This document shows, piece after piece, positions 1-13,721 of a DNA stretch of 64,000 nt (positions within the stretch are counted from its first letter, which is position 1; each line of letters starts with the position of its first letter). The DNA is taken from contig CM052817.1 of the NCBI GenBank assembly GCA_028534125.1, positions 26,848,001 through 26,912,000 on the forward strand, given 5' to 3'. The notes below the pieces were generated by a model. The model was not told the DNA's origin. It saw only the letters and a list, made by a program, of their open reading frames with translations, and ran no database searches. The translations under genes and the position numbers were made by a program. The stretch is from Lama glama (Eukaryota).

Positions 1-1244
1 ACTCCCTGATGTGACCTATGAGCCCCTGTGTAGCCTGCCTCCCATCTGGGGTCTCTCCCTGCTTCCCATCCTGTTCCTGCTGATCTGATTTTTTTCAGAT
101 CCCTAAACATGCCATGTGCAGTTTCATCGCTGGGCTTCTAAATATACTGTCTATTTTGCCAGGAACACCATGATTTACTTTCTGCTGCCTCTCATCCATC
201 TTCCACTGACTAACTCCTAGTTAAGCTTAGAAGTTACTTCCTGCATAAATGCTACTGACCTGGCTCCCTTCACTTCTTCCTCTATTGAATTTAACATATT
301 GTCCTGCAATGACTGTTTTGCTTGTCTGTCTCCCTCATAGATACTAATCTCCAAGGGCAGGAACCATGTCTATTCTCTTCACCACCCCATTGATTTTAAT
401 CATGATACCACATATCCATTAAGTCACTCCCCATCCACTCCCTACCCCCAGACCCTGACAAACACTAGTCTACTTTCTGTCTCTTTGGAATTCATCTCCC
501 TCAGCAAGCTCACAGTGAGAAATGTTGAGCCTGGACCTACTACTAACTTTTAAAATAAAAGTACTAAGTTACTGACTCACAGCAAAAACACTCTTGTGTC
601 TTATTTTTCCTAATTCTGAAAGGATGCCTACTCAGTCAAGGACGCAGGCTATACGATGACCTGCAGTTTTTAATAAAGCATGCATTGCTCAGTTTCTGAT
701 CTACTTTTTTTGGGGGGGGTAAATTTATAGAATTTCCAATTTCACAAGTGTTGGTGTCTGTTGCCAGAAGAAAAACCTCTTATTATGCTTCAAAGAAACC
801 CCTGTTCTGCCATGGCTGGCTCCTCAGGTCCCTGCCTTCTGCCTGGGATTCTCTCTGTTCCTTAAACAGGAGTTTCTTCCACTCTGATCTCAAGGAACTT
901 GGGTCCCTGCAAGTTAGCCTTTTAAAAACTTGTTGTACATAGAATGTTTTATTGTTCCCACTCAAGCCTACCTTTTAATTAAGACTTTTTGTAGACTTTA
1001 GTTTTTATTTTCAGAAATATGTAATGAAAAGTAATACTAAAAATATAACAGACATTATTGTAGGGGAAAAATACATCCACCATTTCCAAAAACTCCATGG
1101 CTGCTTTGTGAATTGTAATTGGAGAAAAAGGCAGGTTAATTAACCTCTCCCCCTCAATATCATAGTTAATACTAATTGAAGACTATGAAGTATCAGATAC
1201 AATGCCAAGACCATTATTTACATTACCCTTGAACTCTGGGCAAC

Positions 1245-1385
1245 TGAACAAGGTAGGAAATATTGTTACCTACCTTTTACACATGAGAAAGCTGAAGCTG
1301 AGAGATTAAGTGACTTGCCCAAGTTTACATAGCTAGTAACTAAAAGTGAGGACCTTGTCGATTTCTGACAACAGAATCCAGAATT
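1245..1385. mobile_element. MIR SINE fragment
   Basis: MIR-core-like: ttttacacatgagaaagctgaagctgagagattaagtgacttgcccaagtttacatagctagtaa. Confidence 0.75.
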
Positions 1386-2449
1386 CATTATGTTCTTTCT
1401 GGGGGAAAAAAAAATTAATGGTAGAGTTAAATGGTAGCTTAATCTCATGTTATCTACCCTGAAAATAGCATTAAATTCTGCTTTAAATGTTTATTGCATC
1501 CAATATGAAAATCTCTTTGACAACAGAAAAATTAAAATATATACGTATGTGAATACATGGGTCACTTGAGAAACACTTGTGTTTCCTAACCACAGATTTC
1601 ATTGCTTCTTCATTCTGATTATTAGTATGATATCACAGGTAGGACTGAACTGGAGAAGTTCAACAATGAAAAAGACTGTCTGATAAGATTATTAAAATCT
1701 CTCTTATTTCCTTCCCATAATGCTAGATGCACACAGTTAAATTGTGTCTTATTTTCATTTTTGTAATAATTTCAATTATTGATGTCTGGCACATAGTGAG
1801 TTCACTGAATATCTATTGAATGGATTGATGTGTTTGCCCCTTTTCAGAATTCTACAGCACTTATTTCCTGAAGTTAGGACCTGCAAAAAGAGAAGTCTGA
1901 GGAACTAAGGAACATTCAGCATTGCAATTCTAGGAATCTTTACATAGCATTCAGCCCTAAAATATATACACTTGCTCCCTAATTGCTTCAGCTACTTTAG
2001 TCCTGTTTCCTGAACCAGATTTCAAGCAAGGACTGTCATTCCATTCTCACACAAGCCCCATGGAGCCTAGCACAGTGCTGGTCTTATAGCAGATAATCTA
2101 TCAAAATGCACACTATATTCTCTTACAAATGGTAAAGGTTTAATAAATAGTTGTTAATATGGTTATGAAAATTATTATCAAGTGGATATATTTTGTTGGA
2201 ACCACCAACTGCCTCTTTCCTTCTAATTTTCATAAATTGCAAATTTATTTTTTCCCCAGGTTAACATGAGTTTGGTAAACAAATTATACCTTAATACTTA
2301 ATATTTTATATATATACAATGCAAACAGTATTATAAAGAATTACTCTGATGTCACCTTTATGTTTTTGAATCAGACAAAATTAATTTATTTGTACAGTCT
2401 ATGTGGGTTTGAGCTATACACTAGCATTTTTTTCCTCATACAACTTTTT

Positions 2450-3630
2450 CCTTAAGATATAATTCAAGTGCTTAAAATTCAACTTTCTGAAGTGTACAAC
2501 TCAGTGGGGTTTAGTGAAACAAAGTTGTACAATCACTGTCACTAATTCCAGAACATTTTAATCACCCCAAAAAGAAACCCCATATCCATTAACAGTCACT
2601 CTTAATTCTTCCTTCCCCTCGCCCAGGCAACCACTAGTCTATTTTTTGTTTCTATGGATTTTCCTATTCTGGACCTTTCATATAAATGGAATCATACAAT
2701 GGGTGGCCTTTGTGTCTGATTGTTCTCCCTTAGGATGATGTTTGCAACTTCATCCATGTAGTATTAAGTATCAGTCCTTGATTCTTTTTTATAGGTTGAA
2801 TAATATTTCATTGTATAGATAGACACATTTTGTTTATCTGTTCATCTACTGATGAACATTTGGATTGTCTCCACTTTTTGGCTATTATGAATAGTGCTGC
2901 CATGGACATTTATATACAAGTTTTTGTTTGGACACCTTTTTTTTTTCAGTTTTCTTGGGTATATAAATATAGGAATGGAATTGCTGAGTAAAATGATAAT
3001 TTTATGTTTTAGGGTTTTTTGGGGGGAGGTATGTTATGGCTTTATTTCAATATAGTTTAAGCCATAATTTAAGTGATACAACCAAAACAATATCTTTTTT
3101 TTTTTTTTGGTAATTTTTTTTAGTGTTTTAGTTTTTGAGGAACTACCAATCTGTTTTTCAAAGCAACTGCACCATTTTCATTCCCACCAGCAATGTAAAG
3201 GGTTCCAATTTCTCTATGTCCTCACCAACACTTGTTATTTTCCTTATTACTATTTATTATAATCATCCTAGTAGGTGTGAAGTGGTATCTCATTGTGGTT
3301 TTGATTTGCATTCCCATAATGACTAACAATGCTGAGCATCTTTTCATGTGTTTATTAGCTGTTTGTGTGTTTTCTTTGGAGAAATGTCTATTCAGATCCT
3401 TTGCCTATTTTTGTAATTGGGATATTTGACTTTTTTTTTATCATTGAGTTGCAAAAGTTCTTTATAATTTCTGGATACAAGTTCTTTATCAATATATGAT
3501 TTGAAAATATTTTCCCCCATTCTGTGGGTTGTCTTTTCATTTTCTTGACAGTGTCCTTTATATCATTAAAGTTTTTACTTTTGATAATATATATATTTAA
3601 ACTTTTGATGAAGTCCATTTTATCCATTTT
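2450..3630 (-). mobile_element. Old L1 3' end / ORF2 C-terminus (L1MA/MB-like)
   Basis: Typical antisense L1 3' sequence; minus ORF 3388-3627 contains KRQPTEWGKIFSNH (ORF2-like). Confidence 0.9.
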
Positions 3631-3917
3631 TTATATATGGTGCCTACACTAATATTTAAATTTTTTCATGTGCAATTATATACATTACCTACCATCATTT
3701 ACACAGAAGTATGACAAAAGATTATAGATTTAAGTAGTGGAAAATGACAATTTTCAAGTAATCAAACTTATTAAATAAGAACTGACAGCAAATACAGTTC
3801 ATCTTAACAAAGTTAATCAGAAATTTTCCTGTCTTGAGGGTAATAAGTAAAAATACAACATAAATTTCCCTTGTATGTTACATTCAACTCAGTAAATTTT
3901 TCATAGCATTTGCTTAA

Positions 3918-4011
3918 ACTTTTTTTTTTAATGGAGATACTGGGGATTGAACCCATGACCTCTTGCGTGCTAAAGCAGGCGCTCTACCACTGAGCTTTTA
4001 GCCTCCCCCCT
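3918..4011 (-). mobile_element. tRNA-derived SINE (camelid vic-1-like) with 11-bp TSD
   Basis: Reverse complement has A box (AGCTCAGTGG), B box (GGTTCAATCCC) and poly(A); flanked by CATTTGCTTAA at 3907-3917 and 4012-4022. Confidence 0.85.
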
Positions 4012-4631
4012 CATTTGCTTAATATTTATCTGTAGATAATCTATCTGTAATATTTTCAGCAGGTAAGAGGAATTTTGATAAACCTATAATATGATATATT
4101 TTCAGAAACATAGCAAATTTTTAAGTTGTTTTGTTCAAATAAAGTAGAAAGTAGTAATAAGTAAGAGTAGAGCTATTTTCTTATTAAGTAGCTGACGTTA
4201 GAAAGTTTATTTGAAGCAATGTAATGTCAAGGTAGTTACTCATCAGACTTATTTAATACCTTTCCTGAACATACGTTTCAATTTGAAAGCATTTTAACTA
4301 TAAACTGCATACCCAGAGAAATAGAACAGACAGCAGCAGGATTCAAGAAGAGAACAAAGAAACAAAGTCAAGCAGGTTTGCCAAACAGTAGGTCCCTGTG
4401 TTTGAAACAACTGGAGAGCTTTGTAGCAATTCCATTTTAGAAGTTTTCTGTAAGCTAGAATTTAACAGCCAGAACACAAAGCTCAATTTAGAGATAAAAA
4501 CACTGTTAAATACACTGTTAAATTATTAGGTTAAATGGATTGCAGTTACAGAATTCTCCATAATTAGCATTGCTTATTTTCCAGAATAATAACTTATACT
4601 ACTCCTCTATTAAATTCAAGTTCCTAAGAGC

Positions 4632-4685
4632 AAAAAAAAAAAAAAAAAGAAAGAAAGAAAGAAAGGAAGGAAGAAAGAAAGAAAA
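4632..4685 (+). repeat. poly(A)-(GAAA)n/(GGAA)n microsatellite
   Basis: Seen directly. Confidence 0.9.
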
Positions 4686-5771
4686 TAATAAAGTACATTC
4701 TCCCAAAGAAGACTTTGTTTTAAAAAATTAATTAATGGAAATTAGAGTGTAGATGTTTTGTATGGAGACTGAAGCAGAAGCTATTTTCAATTTTCAATAA
4801 AATTAGGAAGATTGGCTGTGGGGCATTGGTGGCTCCTGAAACATAATTTACTTCATGTTGTCAAATGCCTGTTCAGTAACTGTACCTTTCATCCTCAAAA
4901 GAAAATCTCTTTCAGCAATTAGAGGTGAGGGCACTTTGATATGGCACGTACACACAATCACATGTGGCACTGCAGTTGTTCTTTGGGGACAGTGGTGCCC
5001 CATCTTTTCTCACTCTCATTCTAGTTGAAGATTAAAAATGTTTGTCATCAGGAGGTTTGTCCACTTTAGATTAACAGCCAGTTGACATGGCTGTGAAAGC
5101 CAGCCTGAGTTACTGGGGAATGATCACTCGGTATTCTCACATTGTGAAAGCTGGTGAGCATATCTTTCTTTGGATTTTCTGAAACCCTTTTTGGTGACAA
5201 TCACTTGTTTGTGATCTGGGAACATACAATGGCTGTACTTTTCAAATCGGGGTACCAATATAAATTTTGTGATGGCAGAGACTGTCCTATTACTGCTATA
5301 GCCCCAAGGTTTAAAATACTGCCTTGTATGGTGTTTATAAATAATTTTTGAATAAAAGAGCAGACAGAGAGGGAGGAGAAGGAAGGCAAAGAGAGGTAGG
5401 GAGAAAGACGGGGGGAAGAAGAGAAAGGGAGAAGAGACAGAGGGGAGGGAAAGGGGAAAGAAAAAAAAGGAGAGTAGATGAAGTAGTAGGAGTTGGTACT
5501 GCATCACAAGGAGGACATGGTAGCGGAGAGGGAAAACACAAAACTAAAGGACAAGTACAGGAGTAGGTGGGGAAGATTATCTTTACCCAAAGAATTGAAG
5601 TGGGAAGGAGGATATTATATTAAAATAAACACAGATGTGTGATAGAGGAAGATACAAAATTCTCATTAGATAACAAAACTTATTCCCTGTTTTCACAGAC
5701 TCATTGAATCTCAAGTTGGGAAGGGATCAAAGAGTCATTTTGACACCTCAGCCATATCTGATGCTTTAAAA

Positions 5772-5975
5772 CAGAGTTTGTCAATTTTTTTTTCTGTAAA
5801 GGGCCAGATAGTAAATATTTTAGGCTTTAAAGGGCACGGTCTCTGTCACAACTGCTCCATTATGCCACTGTAGCATGAAAGCACCATACAGAATATGGTA
5901 AAAAATGTGTATGGCTGTGTGTCAAAAACAGGTGGTGAGACAGATTTGGCTTGTGTGCTGTGGTTTGCTGATCCT
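5772..5975. mobile_element. MER58A-like hAT-Charlie DNA transposon
   Basis: ttttctgtaaagggccagatagtaaatattttaggcttt...gtggtttgctgatcct matches recalled MER58. Confidence 0.8.
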
Positions 5976-6121
5976 ACAACATCCAGACAATTCCTATAAC
6001 CTCTGCTAACATCTGCAGTAACAAGAAATACACTACTTTACAAGGAAAACCATTCCATTTTTGTATAATTGTGATTACAGTAAGGCATTCTCTATATTGA
6101 GTCAAAATATACTTTTAGTGT

Positions 6122-6477
6122 TGTTATGGACTGAAAGTTTGTGTCCTCCCAAAATCTGTATTGTGAAATGTGACCCCCAATGTAATAATATTTGTAGGAG
6201 GCAACTTCAGGAGATACCTAGGTCATGACAGTGGAGCCCTCATGAATGTAATTAAGTGCCTGTGCAAGAAGAGGCTAGAGAACTAGCTCACTTGGTTCTC
6301 TTCCCTACCACGTGAGGGTATAACAGGAAGTCAGTAGTCTGACACCCAGATGAGGGCTGCCAGCAGAACCTGATCATGCTGGCACCCTCATCTCAGACTT
6401 CCAGCCTCTGAGAAAGAAATTTCCATTTATAGACCATCTAGTCTATGGTAATTTGTTATAGCACCTGAACTAAGACA
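6122..6477 (+). mobile_element. MaLR solo LTR (MLT1A/MST-like)
   Basis: TG...CA ends; tgttatggactgaa start and gttatagca...actaagaca end typical of MaLR LTRs. Confidence 0.85.
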
Positions 6478-7832
6478 GGTACTATCTTAATGTTTGTTTG
6501 TTTGTTTGTTCTTGTTGTTTGAGGTGCTGTAACCTAATGATTTAGAACACGATGCTTTTTTTTTTTTAGAGACAGCTTCTGTTTCTAGTCAAGATGAAGT
6601 AACAAGGACCTGACTTACTCTTCCACCTGAAGCAACTGAACAACTGAACATAATGTAGGAAAAAACTGCCTTCAAGATATTGACACTAGGCAACCAAGGA
6701 CATTGATCTCTGAGAGGTGGGAAACAAATGATGGCACAGAATTAACAGAGCGGAGTCCAGGATCAGAGAGAGCAGCATAGAGAGGCAACTGTGGAGGTCT
6801 GCAGAGGGTCCCCTTTAGTTTTTGGTTGAGTGCCGATCGATAAATGTGTGTGAGGAAATTACCCAGAGTCAGGAAAAGAACCACCTGCAGGGATTAGAGG
6901 GAAGAGTAAACAGTCCTTGGAGCTCACTAAGGGCCAGAAATAGCCCCTGTTCCTAACAGCCAGAGTAGAAAATTTCATAATTTACATTATACTGGAGGAG
7001 TCTTGTCTCAGTGGCGGGGAAAAATTATTCCTAGACTAAATGCTGCTGTGGTCCTGGATAAATAAACTTAAGAGTTAGAGCTGAAAGGATCTGTTTCCAA
7101 TAAACTTAACTGAGTTCCAGAACAACTCAGTCAAGTTCCTTATAATATTTATAAAATTATGAAATTATTCAGCTCTCAGCAAGGTAAATTTTACAATGTC
7201 TTGTATCAAATAAAAAATTACTGAGCATTCAAAGAAGCAGAAAAATACAATCCATACTGAGGACATAAATTGATCAAAATTAACCTAAAAATGACACAGG
7301 TGATAGAATTAGTAGACAAGGACATTGGAACATATATTTAAGAAACTAGAGAAAAGACTGAACAGGTTAAGTAGAGAATGGAAGGTATATTTTGATATCT
7401 ACATTGAACTTCTAGAGATGAAATTTAAATGCCTGAGATTAAAAAAATACACTTGAAATTAATGGCAAATTAGACATTATGAGGAATGTAAAAGCATTAT
7501 AATAGGAAAATATTCAAAATTAAACACAGAGAGAAAAACTGGGACAAAAAAAGAGCATCAGTGAACTTACAGAAAAACTTCAAGTAGCTAAAAATATGTA
7601 CAATTGGAATCACTGAAAGAAAGGAGAGATTAGAGAATAAAACATACTAGGAGAAACAATGGCTGAAAAATTTCCACGTTTGATGAAAACTATAAATCCA
7701 CGGATACAATAGGTTCAATGACTTCCAGCACAAGACACATGAAGAAAAATACACCAGGGATAAATAACCAAGGATAACGAGAAAACATTGAAAAGAAAAA
7801 AGACAATTATGTACAGAGGAACAAAGATAAGT

Positions 7833-8430
7833 GTATTAGCAATCTATTGCTCCATAATAATTTTCTGTAATAACAAGTATTTATTATCTCGCAGTTTCTT
7901 TGGATCAGGAATGCCAGAGAAGCTTAGCTCAGTGGTTTTGACTCAGCGTCTGTCATGACATCATAAGTTGTGACAAGGGCTCCAATCACTGAAGCCTTCT
8001 CTGGGGCTGAAAGATCCCCTTCAAATATCACTCAGGCGCTATTGGTAGGAGGCCTCATTTTTTGCTGGCTATTGGCCAGAGGCCTCAGTTCTTTCTGGGT
8101 TGCTGCACTGGTAAGTGCCCTTACAGCATGGCAGCTGGCTTCCCCCAGAGACAGTGAAAAAGGGAAAAGAGTGAGGCAAAAGTCACGTAGTTCATAACCC
8201 AGCCTTGAAAGTGACATACCATCACTTCTTCCACATATGTGGTTCACAGCTCTCTCTTGATACAATGTGACAGATAACTATTACAAGGACATAAAAACCA
8301 AGAGGCAGGGATCTTTAAAGGCCATCTTGAAGGCTGGGTACCACAGTCTGCCTTCTGGACCCAAATGATTCACCTTCTTCCCATTAGCAAAATATATTTA
8401 CCTCTTTCAAGGCCTCCAAAAATTTCATTC
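7833..8430. mobile_element. MLT1-type LTR plus adjacent internal fragment nested in L1
   Basis: tgtattagcaatctattgct...tttattatctcgcagtttc...aggctgggtaccaca, then MLT-int-like sequence. Confidence 0.75.
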
Positions 8431-9218
8431 CAAAGTAAGCAGGAGAAAGAAAATAATGAAGATCAGAGTGGAAATCAAGGAAATAGAAAAAAAAGAAAAG
8501 AAAAGAAAGAAATCCACGGAACCAGAAGATAGTCCTTTGAGAAGCTCAATAAAATTGATAAACATCTCATCAAATTAAACAGGAAAAAAAAGAGAGAAGA
8601 TACAAATTACCAGCATCAGAAATGAGAGAGGTGACATCACTACAAGTATTATAGCTAGTAAATAATAAGAGAATATTAACTTTATTCTAATAAATTTAAC
8701 AATTTAGATGAAATTGATAACTTTTTTCAAAGACACAAACCAGAAAAGTTCACTCAGGAAGAAACTGATAACCTGAATAGCCCTATTATCTTTTAAAGGA
8801 TGGAATCTGTCATGAAAAAAGGTTTTCACAGAGAGACTCTAGGTCCAGATGTCTCCATTGATGTACACCGCTAAACATTTAAATAAGAAATTATACCAAT
8901 TCTATGCAAATTCTTCTAAAAAACTGAAGAGGATTGAATACTTCTTAATTCTATGAGAACAGTGTTACTCTGATACCAAAAACTAGAGAAAAACATTATG
9001 ACAAAGAAAATTACAAACCAGTATCCCCCATGAGCATAGAAATAAGAATTGAGAACAAAATTTTCATAAATTGAATCCAATAATATATAAAAAAAGAATA
9101 ATGCATCATAAGCAAGTGGGATTTATTTGCAGAATACAAGAGTGGTCTAAAATTTGAAAATCAGTCAATATAATTTATCATATTAACAGTCAAAAAGGAA
9201 AAAAAAAGGATATAAATC

Positions 9219-9458
9219 CAGGGTCAGGACTAAGGTAAATAAAGTGATTCTAGTGAGGCACTTAACGTCTGGCTCAAAATTTAAGGAGGTACCAAGAAAC
9301 TCAGTAATCAAGATAAATGATATTTTAATGTACTATTTTAAAAAATAAAACTTAATGCAAAATATTCTTGAATGAAGTAACAAAAATTTTAAATAAAGGA
9401 AGAGTTGGTATGACTGATTTTTCCTTTTGCTTCAGGCTCTAATATAGCTCAGCCATTG
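9219..9458. mobile_element. hAT DNA transposon (ORSL-like, name tentative)
   Basis: cagggtcaggactaagg...caaaatttaaggagg...aactcagtaatcaagataaat resembles the recalled consensus. Confidence 0.55.
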
Positions 9459-10515
9459 TTAGATTCCATTTATATAAAGTTCTAAAAAATGCAAACTAAT
9501 CAACAGGGACAGAAAGCAGATCAATAGTTGCCTGGGGCTGAGGGAGGGCAAGGAGGCGGAAGAGGGAGGGATTCCTAAGGATCACAAGGAAACTTCTGGG
9601 GGTGATGGATAAGTTTATTATACCGATAGTGCTAAATGATTTTCTCAGATACACACGTAAGTCACAACTTATCAAATTATACACTTCAAATATGTGCAGT
9701 TTATTGTGTATCAACTTTACCACAACAAAGCTGCTTAAAAAAGAAAAGAGAAAAAAATTGCTTTGTGACCCTGGGAAAGTACTTTTCCAAATATCAGTTT
9801 CTTTATCTCAAAAATGGGAGAAATTGGGGTACCTATCTTGTAAGGTTGGCATGAGGATTAAAAGGGTAGAATGAACAGTCAATGTAACAACACAGCCCAG
9901 TGGTTAAGTGTATACATTTCAGAATTAAGATTCCTTGGGTTTGAATCCCAGCTCTAAAACTTACACTCTATATGACCTCAGGCTAGTTACCAAACTTTAT
10001 GTCTAGTAATAAAAGTGCTTAACTCACAGGTTTATTGTCAGGTTTGATGATAAATACTTCTGTAAAAGTGTTTAGTAGTACCTTGTACATAGTAAGTGGT
10101 TAGTAAGTGCTAGTTGTCATCATTATGTTTATTTGCCAAATGAAACAATTCAGAGCAAATCAGATGCTTCTTTCCTTTAAGAATCTGAAAATGACTGCTC
10201 CAGGAGATTAATAATCCTCAGATCTTTTAGCCATTTCTCAGCAGTCAGTTTTCAGACTCCTCACCCTTCAACAATGCAATTACCCTTTGGAAGTGTTTCA
10301 GTTTGTTGATGTTATTATCCTTTTAAAATGTGATGTCTGTATCTGACTGGCTTCTAGTGGAGGGGAGCTTTTACTCCCTCGGTCTACAGCTACTTTGCTC
10401 TGAACAATCAATTTCCATTTAAGCACCTCTTTCTCAGCTACGCATCACTATTAATAACATTACAGCCAAGGTTTAGCCCTGAAGCTTTTTCGTATATGCT
10501 GCCATTCAGCTCTAC

Positions 10516-10644
10516 TTGCTTGCTTGCTTGCTTACTTACTTACTTTATTATTTAAAAAAAAACTTAATTGGGGTACTGGGGATTGAACCCAGGACCTTGT
10601 GCATGCTAAGCATGTACTCTACCACAGAGCAATATCCACCCCCC
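10516..10644 (-). mobile_element. tRNA-derived SINE (camelid-like) with (TTGC)n/(TTAC)n tail microsatellite
   Basis: gtactggggattgaacccaggaccttgtgcatgctaagcatgtactctaccac; same family as 3918-4011. Confidence 0.85.
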
Positions 10645-12107
10645 TCTGCTTACTTCATTTCTTACGCAAAATAACGAGGTCTTACTTTTTTAAAACTTTA
10701 ATTTCTTTAAGACTTGAACGGGTAAGGTTTTTCATTGTTGTTACAGTACATTGTTTGTGTCTTTCATTTTCTTGGTGTGCTGCCCATTGTACTTGAAATA
10801 TTATTTGTAGGAATAATTTGAGACCTGGATGAAGGGTTCTTCCCTCCAAAGAAGACGTGCATTTATTTTTGCCAGTTCCCTTTGGGCACAACCAGTATGA
10901 AATCAACAAGTCCTAGACATGAGATTCCCAAACTCACACAGAAGGTCTGCCTGATGTCTCGTTTACAATTGTGGTTCAGCCTGACCCTAAGGGTGTAGCT
11001 CTTTGGGCTCCCAGCTGTGGGGAAGGTCTCTTACTAGACTGCATTTCTGCAGATCCTGTGCTTTCATTTCTGACCTTCTCACCTGTAAAGGCCATCTCTA
11101 TGAAGGTTCAAATTTGCTAGAATGAACAAATGCCCTCAGAACAAAAGCAGATTCTGTACCCTGATCACCTTTCTGGGTTCTTAGCCTTTTTATTTCTTGC
11201 TATTTTGTCAGATCTTTGAAGCATCTAATTGGTGTTTTCATATTTTTCCAGAAATTTTTTTGTTGTTTTCTATAGGAACGTTAATTTGAAAAATCTAGTC
11301 CACCATTACAGGTAATGAAAACTCACCCACACCACCTCAACTCTTTGAGAAGAAAACAGAACCAGAGAAAACCAACCAGAGCCTAAGAAACGCAGCAGGT
11401 CCTTCAGAGTGTGTTGTGTGGCCCTGTGCAAAGCAGAGAGGAGAAGAGTGAGGGGAGTATGTGAAGTTGTGGTGAAGGAAGATGGGAGGATCTTAAGAGT
11501 TTTTGGGTGCAAGAGAATTTTAAATAGTGAAGATTATTTATTATAATTTTTTTAAAATAGTCAAGATTTAAAATAAGAGCTACTATGTACTTGTACTTGG
11601 ACCCCCTTAAACACTTGGGAGAATAGAAAGTGACGTATCTATTTTGGCTGACTTCCTTAAAGCAATATCATTCTGATTGTGCTACAGAATCATGGCTTTA
11701 TCAACCTCATATGTTCTTGTTTACTACAGCTGATTAAGAGAAAAGGGAAGGAGGACATAGAAGGGAGGGAGAGAGAAGCAGAGGTACCAAGAGCAAAGCT
11801 ATGAAGACATTTCTTGTCAGTAGTATTAAGCACCTGCTCCACGTGAGAGAGAGCAAAAGGCTGAATGAAACATGACCTCTGTCCACTAGAAGCTCATTGT
11901 CCAGTGACGGAGAACAATACATCATCAAGTAATTCTAATACAATCCAGATCTAACCAAGTTTTATTGAGCTTCAACTAAGTGCCAATGCTTTCTAAGAAA
12001 GAATAAAAGCAACCCCTGACATCCAGCAATTGACTTTAAACTTATAGCTAGGCTGGAGTGTGCTCAGAAGCTGGCCTGGAGCTCACAGCTAGGTCAAGTT
12101 ATTCTCC

Positions 12108-12591
12108 TGTTGGACATAAACAATCTCACAGAACATCAGAATTAGTCAAGGTCACTCTGGGGCCATGAGAAAATGAGACAAAACAAGACCACTTTATAAT
12201 TTTGTCTAGGCATGGACAAAAACAAAGTCACTGCACAACCCACAAAATCCCAAATGGCTCCGTTTGCAGCTAATAGGATTCAGTACCACTCCTTTACCTT
12301 TAGAATTTAACCTCATTCTACCCTCCCTATAAATAAATATTGAGATACACAGTCATTAATTGTCCCTGCATTCTAATAGCACTCAATCCAGGGTCAACTT
12401 TGCTTCCTTGGACCCTCCCATAAATCACCCAACCACAGCCCAAATCCTAAAATAGGTCCTTTCTTTAACACCCTCTTACTGAGAGACCCTCCTCTTCCCC
12501 ATTCCCTTACAATGACAGTACAATGAGTGATAAACCCAACTTGTTCAACTGTAGGTATATTCTTGGTGGCTTTGGTTGGAAGGCATCACCA
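12108..12591 (+). mobile_element. ERV-type solo LTR (family not assigned)
   Basis: TG...CA ends, ~480 bp, LTR-like composition with a poly(A)-signal-like gataaa near the 3' end. Confidence 0.55.
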
Positions 12592-13644
12592 TTTCAAATT
12601 TATTTTTTAATGTAATCTTTGTAACAAGTGCAACGCCTGAATTTACAGATGATCTTAAGGCTCGTAAGAGATTAATTTAATTCAGAATTACAGGCAGAAA
12701 GAGACTAATCTGGGATTTGAACACAGGCCCTTCGAATGCTTCCTACTATCTCAAATGACTGAAGACAAGAAAGATAGTTTTCAAATGTCCAAAAGGAGAC
12801 AAAAGATTTTTTCACTCACCCTCTTTCAGTGCCACTTTCATGGAGCAATATCTCCATCTTGTGATATTTTATAATGAAGGTTTTTAATGAATTGGATTAT
12901 GCAATCATTCATATGCAACCAAGACTTGAGAATACATCTTGTTATTTGCTCCACAGGCAAAATAAAATTGATCCATTCAATTGAAAACTATAGTATATGA
13001 GAAAAGAAATGTCTTTTGTCATCTACAGTACTTTTATTTCCCCCTCAGACAACCTTATTGTCTCCTCTCACTTTAAAATAATGTCTTTCCTTAAGATGAC
13101 TAAAGATCATATAAAGCCTATTGGTTGTCTCTGTGTCAAAGATGAGATGAGAGACTTTTCATTGAATATTCTCTTGTATATTTAAAAAATTTAAAACCAT
13201 GTGAATATATGACCAATTCAAAACATAAATTAAAATTTTTAAAGGTCAAAAATAAAATATACATGTATATCCCTTTCACTTTTTTTTAAAGATAAGTAGA
13301 ATCTGCAATGAGCCTACAGAGAATGAAATGAATTCCCTTTTGGCTTTTCATTCATCAGTTGTAATTGACCCAGATTCCTTAAATATGAGACTGTAGCAAC
13401 AGGAGAGAAATACACAGACTAGGAAGAAGAACGCAAGTAAAAAATGATAAGGAGTGGATATAAATGCAATAGAGAAAGACAAACATTTCATGCTAGAGCA
13501 TATGAGTATAGCAATGAATATATTCCTAAATAATCATACTACCTGGATTTTAAGAAAACCTTTTCTAAGTCACTTGAAAGAGTATAACTGTAAATTTAAA
13601 ACAAGGTAGCATTGGTATATGGAGCAAGTACTGTCTTGACATAC

Positions 13645-13721
13645 TTACGCTAAAAAATTACTTGCTGTTTATCTGAAATTCAAATTTAACCAAGCATCGT
13701 GCAAATTATCTGGCAACCCTA
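13645..13721. mobile_element. MER53-like hAT fragment
   Basis: tgtttatctgaaattcaaatttaac...atctggcaacccta. Confidence 0.65.

Larger units (their letters stand above)
6575..9740 (+). mobile_element. Degenerate old L1 (5'/ORF1, ORF2 and 3' pieces) with nested insertions
   Basis: A-rich L1-like sequence at ~6575-7830, ~8433-9200 and ~9460-9740. Confidence 0.75.

Noticed and set aside
3918..4011. tRNA-Ala-like sequences here and at 10570-10644 as real tRNA genes
   Set aside because: Poly(A) tail and TSD at the first copy, and divergence between the copies, indicate SINEs.
5124..5566. Hydrophobic and basic ORFs
   Set aside because: Translations of a low-complexity purine-rich tract.
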